From Octopus sinensis (lineage: Eukaryota): a stretch of DNA of 64,000 nucleotides. The DNA lies in assembly GCF_006345805.1 (NCBI RefSeq), contig NC_043008.1:13206001-13270000 (forward strand). Reading direction: 5' to 3'. This document shows positions 14,782 to 28,103 of this stretch, in pieces. Position 1 is the first letter of the stretch. Each line of letters starts with the position of its first letter. The notes under the pieces were generated by a model. It saw nothing but the letters and a program-made list of their open reading frames with translations. It had not been told where the DNA came from and ran no database searches. Made by a program: the position numbers and the translations under genes.

Positions 14782-15109
14782 TGTGTGTGTGTGTGTGTGT
14801 TAAAAAAGGACAACAAGTGCTAAGGCAAGAAAAACATCTCAAGTCATATACATTACTATATGATTGGAAAATTTTTAAAGCCCTGGTAATCCGTTACAGC
14901 TCTTAACCAGCGTACCTAGTCCATTAGATCACCACTGAACTAAAACCCCATATATTGTAACATCTATATTCCTCCCTGTGCCTGTGAAAAACATTGTATC
15001 TTTGCCGTAAGGCTTTATTTCCACACACGCCACCTTAATGTAGTTACCATGTGGAAAACAAAGTACCACTCATCTACATGTGGGAAACAATATATCTTCT
15101 GCCATTGTA

Positions 15110-15681
15110 TTGGGTTGTCCGGAATGTTCATGCCGATTTATAGTAGCTTACCTTTCGACATATTTTAGAACATGGTTGAGTCCAAAAGCTAGGATTTGAC
15201 TACACCTCCATTTAGAGCACAGTTTAAGCTATGTTTTCGTGGACGATGGCTTATGTTCCTATGACCTGTGCTAATTCTGTAACCCTTTAAAATGGAAGAT
15301 AAGAAAGTTCATTTTAGGCACTTGATGCGTTTCTTTTTCCGTAAAGGGAAAATGCCTCTCAAGCAACCAAAGAAATATGCGCAGTTTACGGTGATGTTTC
15401 TTTATCCGAAAGAACTGTACGGAAGTGGTTCGCAAGGTTCCGAGCTGGAGATTGTAGCCTTATTGATAAAAAGCAATCAGGCAGACCATCCACTACAGAT
15501 GATGACCAAATCAAGTCATTAATTGAGAATAACCCACATTGTACAACCCGAGAATTGGCAGAAACCCTCAGCGTATCAAAATCAATCGTTCATGAGCACC
15601 TGTAAAGCTTGGGTAATGGCAAGTATTCGTTGACCTTTTTCTTCCCTTTAAAAATCGGCACGAAGTTTCCAGACAACCCAA
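15110..15681 (+). mobile_element. Internally deleted mariner (mellifera-like), non-autonomous
   Basis: ~30-bp imperfect TIRs TTGGGTTGTCCGGAA..TGCCGATTT / AAATCGGCA..TTCCAGACAACCCAA with TA flanks. Frameshifted N-terminus MEDKKVHFRHLMRFFFRKGK-NASQATKEICAVYG..RKWFARFRAG..SGRP..NPHCTTRELAETL; catalytic domain absent. Confidence 0.9.
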
Positions 15682-16437
15682 TAATTTTTTTGTAGACATC
15701 GCTTCTTGAAAAACCAATAAACGATTTGTGTTTAAATAATTGGTAATTTAGTGGAAATGAAGACAAATCTTATGCTTTATTTAGTTGCTTTATTGTTTGT
15801 AAATGAATAAAAATTGTGCTACGGGAAATGCATAAGTTTGGAGATTAGAAAGGTTACAAGTTGTTTCTAATAGGCACTTTACTTTTCTTGTGCGTCTAAA
15901 CATTATTGGAATATATATGAAGACCACTACAGGAGAATTTGTTTGGAGCGAGATATATATCTTGTGTCTTGGACTCTACATTGATTCTTAATATTTGCTT
16001 AATAAATAACAACGTATCAATTGATATCAGTAGAATAATCACATACTAAATAAAGGGATAGGCCAAGAGGTTTCAAACAGATTATTTAAATCAGCAGAGA
16101 TTAATATTTCATCACTCCTTCAATAATAATTGTGAGATTCTATCAGTTTCAGATATAAAGTTTGGAACGTAACTGTCACACCAGGAGGCTTCTGAACATG
16201 GGTTAGAACAGATATCAAATGTTAAGTTCGACATAACTTCATTATCTCATTATTAGTTTCATAAAGCATGAGCATAGTTTTCTGACATTACGATTAATCG
16301 AAATGCCAATTAATATGAAGATGTTATATTACTTTAGATTATGAGAAGTAAATTATGTAATATAAAGAAATTTATTAATTTTCTTTATTACTAAACACAT
16401 GCCCGTTAAAGAATTATTGTTGTGTGCATTATTTCTT

Positions 16438-16976
16438 TTCTACTCTAGGCACAAGACCCGAAATGATTTTGTGGGGGAGGGCCAGTCGATTAGATCGACC
16501 TAAGTACACAGCTAGTACTTAATTTATCGACCCCCGAAAGAATGAAAGGCAAAGCCGACTTCGGTGGAATTTGAACTCAGAACGTAAACACAGACGAAAT
16601 ACCTACTACATTACTACCCACAAGGGGCTAAACACAGAGAGGACGAACAAGGACAGACAAACAGATTAAGTCGGTTATATCGACCCCAGTGCGTAACTGA
16701 TACTTATTTAATCGACCCCGAAAGGATGGAAGGCAAAGTCGACCTCGACTGAATTTGAACTCAGAACGTAGCGGTAGACGAAATACCTATTTCTTTACTA
16801 CCAACAAGGGGCTAAACACAGAGAGGACAAACAAGGACAGACAAACGGATTAAGTCGATTATATCGACCCCAGTCCGTAACTGGTACTTATTTAATCGAC
16901 CTCGAAAGGATGAAAGGCAAAGTCGACCTCGAAATACCGCAAAGCATTTCGCCCGGTGTGTTAACGTTTCTGCCAG
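16438..16976 (-). mobile_element. SINE family D, internally multimerised (three core blocks, two tail types)
   Basis: Three iterations of ATCGACCCCGAAAGGATGAAAGGCAAAGTCGAC..GAATTTGAACTCAGAACGT on the plus strand; head remnant at 16930-16976. Confidence 0.9.
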
Positions 16977-17244
16977 GTGAGTGTCATATGATTTTAACTG
17001 AGTATTAATATAGTAACCTAAAAGGTAATTTTATTGTAGTCACTTGCATTCCCTACTAAATCTTCAACCTACTTCGAATAAAAATGTTTGTTTCTTAGCA
17101 CATTATTATAAAGTCTAACTCTATAGATAATAACCATTATACTAGCTGTTAATATATTTTTCTTCATATTGCACACACACGCGTAACCCACGCGGTTTGA
17201 ATTATTCTGCTTATAAAATTACTTACACATAGTTTTCCTTATGT

Positions 17245-17916
17245 AAAGTATATTGTTAAAAATTCATTCTAAAACATATATTATTAGTAAATGTTTACCA
17301 AAACAGATATGTCTAAATTAATGGTGATGCATTGAAATATCCATACGAAACCTGGCATTTTAGAATCACAATATATATTACTCTACTTGTGGAGGCGCAA
17401 TTGCCCAGTGGTTAGGGCAGCGGACTCGCAGTCGCAGGATCGCGGTTTCGACTCCCAGACCGGGCGTTGTGAGTGTTTATCGAGCGAAAACACTTAAAAG
17501 CTCCACGAGGCTCCGGCAGGGATGGTGGTGATCCCTGCTGTACTCTTTCACCACAACTTTCTCTCACTCTTACTTCCTGTTTCTGTTGTACCTGTATTTC
17601 AAGGGGCCGGCCTTGTCACTTTCTGTGTCACGCTTAATATCCCCGAGAACTACGTTAAGGGTGCACGTGTCTGTGGAGTGCTCAGCCACTTACACGTTAA
17701 TTTCACGAGCAGGCTGTTCCGTTGATTCGGATCAACCGGAACCCTCATCGTCGTAACCGACGGAGTGCTTCCCAAAGTATATAGTTAAAAATTCATTCTA
17801 AAACATATATTATTAGTAAATGTTTACCAAAACAGATATGTCTAAATTAATGGTGATGCATTGAAATATCCATACGAAACCTAGCATTTTAGAATCACAG
17901 TATATACTGCCCTACG
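17245..17916 (+). repeat. ~143-bp direct repeat flanking the SINE B copy (17245-17387 and 17774-17916)
   Basis: AAAGTATA..AAAAATTCATTCTAAAACATATATTATTAGTAAATGTTTACC..TTTTAGAATCAC occurs immediately before and after the SINE, with few mismatches. Confidence 0.95.
17388..17773 (+). mobile_element. tRNA-derived SINE family B
   Basis: Head TGTGGAGGCGCAA..GCCCAGTGGTTAGGGCAGCGGACTCGC..GGTTTCGACTCCCAGACCGG; tail CGTCGTAACCGACGGAGTGCTTCC. Homologues at 23.4, 53.3 and 58.3 kb. Confidence 0.93.
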
Positions 17917-18446
17917 TTTTCAATAATTTTCTGTATAATATTCTATTTATTATTTCGATTTAATTAATTTTCACGTGGATTCGCTGGAATATATTTGTAA
18001 CAATTTGATCGATAGCAGTTACATCTCATATTAATCAAAATTTAAATAACTTTCTCGATACATTATTTTACTATTTCACATTTATAGTTACATGAGATGA
18101 AAAAACATTAGTAATTATATTTTTCGTTGAACGTTATATATATTACAGGGATTTCAATATTTATGTATAAATTAATAATCGTTACTACACAGATAATTTA
18201 CTAACAAATTTAAGTGCAATCTTTGCGTTAAAAATTAATTATTAAAAAAAAAATTAATTAAACAATTTACAATCGTATATTGCTCTACGTTTGGTTCAAT
18301 TATAAAATTTCATATTAATTTTCTATTTCCTCAAATTCTAATTAAATGCAGCTGTTAGGTTTTCTGCTACAGTGGTCACATTACATTAGTATTTAGTCAC
18401 ATTACAATTAATAATGTGACTAAATATCCGAGGTGAAAGCCCTAGT

Positions 18447-18520
18447 ACAGCGATTCCCAACCTTTTCAGAGTGGTTCCCAACCCTATTATTTAAATGAGT
18501 TTTCCTACCAACCCATTTTG
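18447..18520 (+). mobile_element. Possible hAT-type terminal fragment
   Basis: CAGCGATTCCCAACC..GTGGTTCCCAACC resembles hAT/Charlie termini; no partner TIR found. Confidence 0.3.
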
Positions 18521-18531
18521 ATGTGCTTATT

Positions 18532-18569
<38 letters not shown>

Positions 18570-19435
18570 ATACAGTGTACATTTAAACACATAAGGAATT
18601 CACTCATAGGATTCAACACTCTAGAAAAAACAGCTATGTTCTATAACCACAAAATTAGGGATAAAATTCGACAGGAACGAAATGAAAAAATAATAACATT
18701 TTACCATCTAATTTCCTGGACCGATTGGTTTCTGATTTTAGTTTAGCAAGTAAATAACTTTTACTCGAGAGGTGAAATCGTTTTCAACAGGTACACCTTA
18801 GATTAAATATATAAACACGGGGCGATCAAACTATGTGCTTCTTGTTAATACATTCTAATTTTTTTTCAAAATCTACTGTGTAGACGCTGTCCTTCGCCGG
18901 CCCAAAAAATGCCAACTTTACAAGTAGATGCCAACTTATAAACGTAGATGATGCTACACACCGTGTCATTTAAAACGGTACGACTATACAAATGTAAAAA
19001 CATGAAGCTAGATGTAATCTTTTGTACAAAAGAAATGTCGTTATGGTTTCACTTTCGAAATTGTACACCTGGTATCTGTATCAATATGTTGTGTTAAATA
19101 CGAAAATAAAACGGTGTTTGCGCATAATGGTAGTTCCACAACAGCTGAAATGGTTTTTCATGTCACAGTGCGAAAAACGTGTATAATAGCTTATGTTTTA
19201 TCGATTGGAGCAACTTCAATAAGGAACACAGCATACTTACTTCTAACATATTTCGCTTTTAACACACACCACGAAACATTATTTTCTGAGTGCAATGCTG
19301 CTGCAAGAGGTGGAACCAATGCTCCTGCAAGAGGTGGAAGCAAAGGTCAGCAACTCTATGGTAGCCCCTTGCTGTCTCTATTTGAAGCTGGAGTTTTACA
19401 AAACTTGTAAATACGCAGTTTAAATGCTTTGTTTT

Positions 19436-19913
<478 letters not shown>

Positions 19914-22883
19914 TATAAGTGAATGAAAACAGAATTTATTTTAGCTTTCATAAACCTTATGTGGGAGCGACAATTGTGGAACGACAATTATGACAAATAA
20001 TGAAAATAGTAGCATTATAGATATGTTAGTAATAGAATTTAGTATATAAAATTTAGTATATAGTATCTTCATAAGCATTATTCGGCTATAGTAACCCTCA
20101 TATAGGATTATTCGAGTTTAGTTTTATTAATAATATATATGAACAATAAACACACCTTCCATTAACAGAAACCTAGTGAGAGCATTGGGGATTTCAATCC
20201 GCTTAATGTTCTCACGCTGCTTTGCAATTAACATACACTTCATATCTGATTAAGTTTTCAGCCTATTGCCGGCATAAAGATTGTCTTGATACTTGCCTAG
20301 ATTTCAGAGCAGAATTCCAATACAATTAATTGAAATTATATATGACAATGCAGCTTGCATTAATAACAAACTATAATGTTCACAGGGAATAACTATTATT
20401 GGAGGTGTGTAGAATATTTGATTTGTCTACCTTTCTTTTAACACGCAACGTAATCAGCAGGCACCCCACCTGGGCAGATGAGGTATAATGAATCGAAATG
20501 ATAAAGGAAGGAATAGTGTACAAAGAGAAACGTCCTTTCACTACATATTCCTATACTTATGCATTATGATTTCAACTCCTGAGACGTCTATGTCTGTCAT
20601 AACAGTTGCAATAAAAAATCCACCATTAAAACATAGATTTCAAACGTTTATCGTAGTGACGTACAAAGGTGCCCCCTTGTAATTTTGTGTGTGTGTGTGA
20701 GTTTCTGTTTGTTTCTGTGTGAGTGTGTGTGTGAGATACAATTTTCTTCTGTATTCATTGTGAACTTATTACTGAGCCCCGTATTTAGACTGTCGAAGTA
20801 AAAACAGTGCGGCAAATTGCATTTCGTCCGAAGTAATATCAATAGTATTATTCCTCTCGGTACTGGACGATAAAAAAGGTTCCTCAATCTTATAGACTTC
20901 CCAATAATTACAATAATGGTGGGCATTCTGATAGACATACTTTATACAGGTGCTGATACTGTCAAACAAGACTGATCAACGAAGCTTTTCTCAGAGCTTT
21001 TCACCAGTTTTATCAGCATGGAAACGTGTTGAACTACCACATGATATACGATATATTAGAACTTATGTAAGTTTTCACGAAGCATTTAAGATTGTAGACA
21101 TGTATATGCCTATCTTCCAAGAAAGTGTTTTCATTATATACTATTTCAGGAGACAATTGAAGCAGTATTTCTTATGAATCTAGACGGCTTAACTATTTAT
21201 CTAAAGGAATAACACAATTTAAATAAATGATTCTATTGTGCAATTATATTGAGAAAGCAGCATCGAACACAAAGCACAACCAATTTATTGCAGTAGAAGA
21301 AAAACAAACCCATCCGATGATCAATAAAACGCCGTTCAAAATACAAAGGATGATTGACATACGAACACCTCTTGTGACAGATATTTTAATAAATTTGATA
21401 TAACAATAATTCTACTATAACAAACCACTATTCCCGAATTGTTTATTATAGTTTCATAAATAGCAAATCTTGTAGAAGTAGTTAATGGAAATGCTTATTT
21501 GTCATCCACAAGCACATTATTAATTAACAAGGAGGTGAAAAGAAAAGTGATCATTGCTCGAGGTGGCGTAATTCAATGGGCTTTCGATTGACCACTCTCC
21601 TTGATGGAGTTTTCTAAGATCGAACTCAGCAGTGCGAAGTAAATGCAAGCTGATTGTTACGATCGTATCAGTTGATAACATTACTGATCGTTATCGTAAT
21701 CATCAGAAATATTGTCATTATTCACAACAACCGTGTAAGAGAAAAGTACTATAGTCTAATAAGCTCAAATTGTAGACAAGAGATGTAACTTTGATTTACA
21801 TTAAATCAATTCCTTTGTAACTAAACAAGAAAATCATAGTGGGTGGGTAGAATTAATTATGAATGTATGTACTATAACAAGAGCATAAGTACCGAATATC
21901 ATATAATGCTGAATATATTTAGAGTCAGAGTTTTCCATAAGTTAATCTACACCACATTGATGTTTACCCGATGTCATGAATAAAAAGACGATAATAAAAA
22001 CAATAATTTTCCATAGTTACAGATAGTGTAATCCCTCCACCCTTTATGAAGAACGAGAATTTTATCATACTAATAATTTAGACACGATCTATAATGATGC
22101 GTTCCTTCCTACAAATTGATTGATCATTTCCGTTACTTACTAAATGAATATCAATTTTTACTTACTCCAGATCGTATAAGCTCAGCTTGGACACTTGGCA
22201 GGTATTGGATTTGCTAACTGAAATAAGTGTTAAAACCTGCAGAAGTATATCCTTTTGATCATAAACACAGTTTTCCTTTTGTGTGTTTACTATTAGTAAA
22301 CACCATTTCGACGAATGAAGAGCTATTAATGATTTCACTGAATACTTTATGCAAACAACACAATAAACCACAACACCTGCCAATTTCGTAAGACCTTATT
22401 GCTTTGATGATAAAACAGTGTTATTCTTCACCGTATTCACTAGCCACTCATAGAATCATGCCCAACCATCGCTATGTTGCCTATGTTATATATATATATA
22501 TATATATATATATACTTTTTGTGACATAGTGCATCTCGGGTAACATCAATTCACTGTGCAAAATGCAAGTTCCTTTGCTCAGAATCAGAGAGAAGGAGAG
22601 ACAGACAGACAGACAGAGAGCGAAAGAGAGGGAGAGAGAGAAGTACAAAGATGAGGAAAAAGGAGAGAATGATAATCCGAATCTACCATAAATTTCTATG
22701 TTGCCTATGACCTTTCTTTAACACATATATACACATGAATCATTCATCAAATTATTCCATCCAGGTGGGATAACACAGAGATTTCATTTCACATAGGCTC
22801 GTCCCTTCGTTATTCAAATATACTTCCAAGTACAAGCAACCGCTGTTATTTATTTATGCTATCAGCTGTAGCGATGTTTTCAG

Positions 22884-22975
22884 AACGAAGAGATATGCAT
22901 AAACCGTTATCAAATTACAACCCAGAAATATTTCCATCCCAGCAAGAACCGTCGCATTACAGTTACTGTATATTG
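22884..22975 (+). CDS. Candidate internal exon of an unidentified gene
   Basis: TTTTCAG acceptor and G|GTAAGA donor; two frames open (e.g. NEEICINRYQITTQKYFHPSKNRRITVTVY). No homology recognised. Confidence 0.22.
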
Positions 22976-23405
22976 GTAAGAATACATATGAGTTTGAGTC
23001 CAGACAACCCTGTCATGTCGAGTATATTGGGAAATGAAGTATGACGAAATATTTTCTGCGGGGGTAAATATTGGTTTCTCTTTGAATTAAGTAGTTGGCT
23101 ATAGCTATATTTCAGTTAAACTTTGACATTAAACAGAAATCCTGCAAATGTGAAATTATTCACTCCTCACGGCAGTTGAACGTAGCGAACGCTTTTATAA
23201 ATTATTCTATGAATTAATTAAATCCAACGCACACCATCCTCGATTTACTCAGATTCCTGTTATTACCCGATCAAAATTCATTATTCGTACATTACTGAAA
23301 CATTTTGTTTTTATTCGTTTCAACGCAAATCGATAAATTAGACGCTTTTCCTCGTCTCCAACAAAGAGTCATTCACTGACACACATTAATAGTAGTAATA
23401 CAAAT

Positions 23406-23793
23406 GTGGAGACGCAATGGCCCAGTGGTTAGGGCAGCGGACTCTCTATCATAGGATCGCGGTTTCGATTCCCAGACCGGACGTTGTGAGTGTTTATTGA
23501 GCGAAAACACCTAAAGCTCCACGAGGCTCCGGCAGGAGATGGTGGTGATCCCTGCTGTACTCTTTCACCACAACTTTCTCTCACTCTTACTTTCTGTTTC
23601 TGTTGTATCTGAATTTCAAAGGGCCAGCCTTGTCACTCTCTGTGTCACGCTGAATATCCCCGAGAACTACGTTAAGGGCACACGTGTCTGTGGAGTGCTC
23701 AGCCACTTACACGTTAATTTCACGAGCAGGATGTTCCGTTGATTCGGATCAACCGGAACCCTCGTCGTCGTAACCGACGGAGTGCTTCCATCC
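23406..23793 (+). mobile_element. SINE family B with 12-bp TSD
   Basis: Full-length; AGTAATACAAAT at 23394-23405 and 23794-23805. Confidence 0.93.
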
Positions 23794-24283
23794 AGTAATA
23801 CAAATTGAAAGAACATTGTGCTGACTGCATCTACACAAATGACCAGATGCCTCTCCTAACATTAAATATGTTATAGCTTCTTTGCATACTAACTAACTGC
23901 ATCATAAGAAAATACGAACGACCTGGTATGAGGTTATTAAAACAAATTTCATTTTACAATAGGACAAGCCCACATATGACCAGGCAACACCACAGTACAA
24001 ACTACATAGAGTTTTAAATATATTTATTTTCTTAAGCTCCTTTTTAAAAGCACTAAAATTATTTTTTAAATGTAGGTTATATTTCAGAGTCAATCAGTAC
24101 AAGTATTTTAGCTTCAACCAGACAGGAGCGTCGTATTGAAACACTGTGAAGATATAAATTGAAACAATTCTGTGTTCTGAAATCTTGCAGTTAGGCACGT
24201 AGAAATATAAACGTGAACTACTGAAAATATGTATAATGTTACATAACACACAGTCTTGTACAACAGGGTTGAGTGAACCCCAG

Positions 24284-24642
24284 TGTATTTTTTCACCACA
24301 ACTTTCTCTCACTCTTTCTTCATGTTTCTGTTGTACCTGTATTTCAAAGGGTCCGCCTTGTCACACTCTGTGTCACGCCGAATCTCCTCGAGAACTACGT
24401 TAAGGGTACACGTATCTGTGGAGTGCTCAACCACTTGCACGTTAATAAATGAGTTGCGAATTCACTGGTGCCAAGCTGTATTGGCCTTTGCCTTTCCCTT
24501 GGATAACATCGGTGGCGTGGAGAGGGGAGGCTGGTATGCGTGGGTGACTGCTAGTCTTCCATAAACAACCTTACCCAGACTTGTGCCTCGGCGGGTAACT
24601 TTCTATGTGCAATCCCATGGTCATTCATGACCGAAGGAGATC
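24284..24642 (+). mobile_element. Chimeric SINE: family B body fused to family C 3' half
   Basis: B sequence (TTTCACCACAACTTTCTCTC..CACGTTAAT) to 24446, then C sequence (AAATGAGTTGCG..GCCAAGCTGTA..CCCATGGTCATTCATGACCGAAG). Confidence 0.85.
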
Positions 24643-24680
24643 ACAATATATATATATATAATATATATATATATATACTG

Positions 24681-24943
24681 TTGTGTTTGGGGAAAGGCAT
24701 TTTCTTTTTGTGCCTTATAATATAACACGCTCACCGGTAAAATTTCTACTATTTTTTCTTATTTTTATTTTCCTAAAATTTTCGTTGCGTCTTGCAACCT
24801 TTTCAATAGTCTCAAGATTATTGAAAAGGTTGCAAGACGCAACGAAAATTTTAGGAAAATATAAATAAGAACAAAAGTGGAAATTTTACCGGTGAGTGTG
24901 ATATATTATAGCACAAAAAGAAAACGACTCTCTCCAGACACAA
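24681..24943. repeat. ~130-bp-arm fold-back palindrome with almost no spacer
   Basis: Core AAAATTTTCGTTGCGTCTTGCAACCTTTTCAATA / TATTGAAAAGGTTGCAAGACGCAACGAAAATTTT, centre ~24812; outer arms mirror imperfectly; (TA)n on the left flank. Confidence 0.92.
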
Positions 24944-25662
24944 CGAATATGCCGCAACACACGAACTCATATAAAGAATCTTGCAAACCAAATCCAAAAA
25001 CGAAATATATATATGTATATATATGTATGCATGCATGTTTGTATGTATATTAATGACATGCTTTCACCCAGTTTCCATCTAACAAATTCACTCATCAGTA
25101 TTAGCAGCTTTAGTAGATGACACTTGCCCAAATTTCTGCACAATAGGACGGAACCTGAAACCGTGTTATTGTGAAACGTGGTTTTAACCGCTCAACTAAT
25201 ATGTGCAAGATTCGAAAATATAGGTCAGATCTTGTTGATTTTACTAACTTATTATATAAGGAGACAGGTTTGTTATTTAACTCTAAGTGTTTTTGATGTT
25301 AAGTTAGTCGTAACTCTAAAATCAATATACGATGTTACATTGTATGTTTAAATATAAACTTACGAGATATCATTATTGCATTACTTACGAAACACCACAC
25401 CTTAGACATTTATGCAACTATGAATGCATCGTGCACGTCAGAAATTTAGAGTTAAGTACTAAGTACTAAGTAGATTCTACAACTAACACACACACCAACA
25501 CACGCGTATAAATACACACACACTCGCCTACATCAACCGTACATGATAACATCCATGCTTGTGCATACAAGTAACTTTTTAAAGTAAGCAGATGTCAGAG
25601 AGTGAGGTAAAATATATGACTCCAAGGTAGAAAACTCTAGTTTAGAATACATAGATATTGAT

Positions 25663-26045
25663 TTCAAACTTTGGCACAAGGCCTGCAAACCCCAGAGAGG
25701 CGGCAAGTCGATAAGATCGACTCACGTGCTCAACTGGTACTTTATCGGACTTGAAGGTATGAATGGTAGGCTCGACCTCGACGAAATTTGAACTCAGAAC
25801 GTGAAGACGAACGATATGTGCTAAGCGTTATATTCGGCGTGCTCACGATTCTGCCAGCTCGCAGCCTCAGAATGTGTAAGAATAGATTTCAAATTTTAGC
25901 ACAGTTTAGATGTAGGAGATAAGCGGATTAGATCGACCCCAGTACTCTACTGGTACTTTTCCATCGACCACGAAATGACGAAAGAGAAAGTCGGCTTCGG
26001 CGGTTTTTGAAATCAAATCGTAGAGAGACAAAATGCCGTTAAGTA
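25663..26045 (-). mobile_element. Two degenerate SINE family D copies (25663-25868, 25915-26045)
   Basis: CTCGACCTCGAC..GAAATTTGAACTCAGAACGT and TAGATCGACCCCAGTAC motifs. Confidence 0.75.
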
Positions 26046-26193
26046 AGAATGTGTAACTATTACAATGAATAAATAAAATACTAAGATTGATAAATCAAAT
26101 ATCATCTACCACAAATATGGATGAGCTTAGAATGAAAATTTATGCGAATGAAAGTTATATCGATAAATAATAATCCGTTCTTATATATATAAC

Positions 26194-26597
26194 CGCAGGA
26201 GTGGCTGTGTGGTAAGTAGCTTGCTAACCAACCACATGGTTCCGGGTTCAGTCCTACTGCGTGGCATCTTGGGCAAGTGTCTTCTGCTATAGCCCCGGGC
26301 CGACCAATGCCTTGTGAGTGGATTTGGTAGACGGAAACTGAAAGAAGCCTGTCGTATATATGTATATATATATGTATGTGTGTGTGTTTGTGTGTCTGCG
26401 TTTGTCCCCCTAGCATTGTTTGACAACCGATGCTGGTGTGTTTACGTCCCCGTCACCTAGCGGTTCGGCAAAAGAGAACGATAGAATAAGTACTGGGCTT
26501 ACAAAGAATAAGTCCCGGGGTTGATTTGCTCGACTAAAGGCGGTGCTCCAGCATGGCCGCAGTCAAATGACTGAAACAAGTAAAAGAGTAAAAGAGA
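26194..26597 (+). mobile_element. SINE family A, full length
   Basis: Near-identical to 41762-42163 and to the reverse complement of 62815-63222. Confidence 0.95.
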
Positions 26598-26811
26598 GAG
26601 TATATGGGAAATGAGAGATTTAAAGAAGAAAGGCAAGGCACGAAATTCGAAAGGGTAGAATTTGAAAACCGAGTTATGGTATGTGAATGAGAGAAGCGGG
26701 AGTGGAAAAAAAGGAGTAAAATGGAAAGTGAAGAAAGAAGAAAGATGAAATGATGTAGCGAATACGTAAGGAGTTAATATTGAGTTTTATGATGGATAGG
26801 ACGCTGGGAGG

Positions 26812-27375
26812 GGGGAAGAGAAAGAGAAGATGAAGAAGACGATGAAGGAGAAGGAGAAGATGATGATGAAGAAGACGTTGAAGGAGAAGGAGAAGGAGAT
26901 GATGAAGAAGACGATGAAGAAGAATAAGAAGAAGACGGAGAAGAAGAAGAAGAAGAAGAAGAAGACGGAGAAGGAGAAGATGATGATGATGATGATGATG
27001 AAGACGGAGAAGGAGAAGATGATGAAGAAAACGATGAAGGAGGAGGAGAAGAAGAAGAAGAAGAAGACGGAGAAGGAGAAGATGATGATGATGATGATGA
27101 TGATGATGAAGACGGAGAAGGAGAAGATGATGATGATGAAGACGGAGAAGGAGAAGATGATGATGATGAAGACGGAGAAGGAGAAGAAGAACATGAAGGA
27201 GAAGAAGATGGTGAAGACGGAGAAGGAGAGGATGATGAAGACGATGAAGGAGAAGAAGAAGACGATGATGATGATGAAGTAGACGATGAAATAGAAGAAG
27301 AAGAAGATAAAGAGGAAGTAGAAAAAGACGAAGAAAAACAACAACAACAATGACAACAGCAGCATGAAGAAATGT
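26812..27375. repeat. Purine-rich GAN/GGA triplet mosaic (cryptic simple repeat)
   Basis: GAA/GAT/GAC/GGA triplets with sub-repeat GAAGACGGAGAAGGAGAAGATGATGAT; the Asp/Glu frame is broken by TAA near 26925. Confidence 0.9.
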
Positions 27376-27641
27376 GCATGGAAGGTGTAGGAAAAGATAA
27401 AGACAGATGTGAAAGTCAGTAATTGAATATTAGTCTTGTATAGTGAATGGCATTGTTAAAGCTGGAGAAGAGATACTCGAAAGTCATAAATAACCGCCAG
27501 CAGTGATTATAAGAACCCCTGCCAGGAGCTAAAGCAAAGTCGGTAGGTGGACAAAGTTAATTAAAAGACAAGAAAATCTGTTTGTATTGTATCAGTCACC
27601 AAGAACCAGCTTTACTTTCTTTTGGTATTATTTAAGCAAGT

Positions 27642-27900
27642 TTATCTCACGTTTTTGTTTCCGAAGCAACGTTTGTAGTAACATCTTGGGATATTTCATT
27701 TAAATATGCATTTGATTGCATTTTAATAATTATCTTTACTTAATCCTAAAGTTTTATACGTGGTCCACGTTATTTTCATAAATGAATTAATAGCTGCCAT
27801 TTTTACTTGCTGTAATAACGAATTGATATATCACATAAGCATGGTAGGTACTTCATATGTGTGTATATATATATATAATATATATAATATATATAATATA

Positions 27901-27940
<40 letters not shown>

Positions 27941-27941
27941 T

Positions 27942-28032
<91 letters not shown>

Positions 28033-28059
28033 TATATATATTATATATATATATAATAT

Positions 28060-28103
<44 letters not shown>

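Noticed and set aside
26181-26426. Recurring ORFs such as MSNNARGTN.., MLGGQTQTH.. and MVVIPAVLFHH..
   Set aside because: They are translations of SINE A and B copies; they recur because the repeat recurs.
26774-27379. Ser-rich, Lys/Met-rich and Phe/Ile-rich ORFs
   Set aside because: Alternative frames of the GAN triplet mosaic; no splice or homology support.
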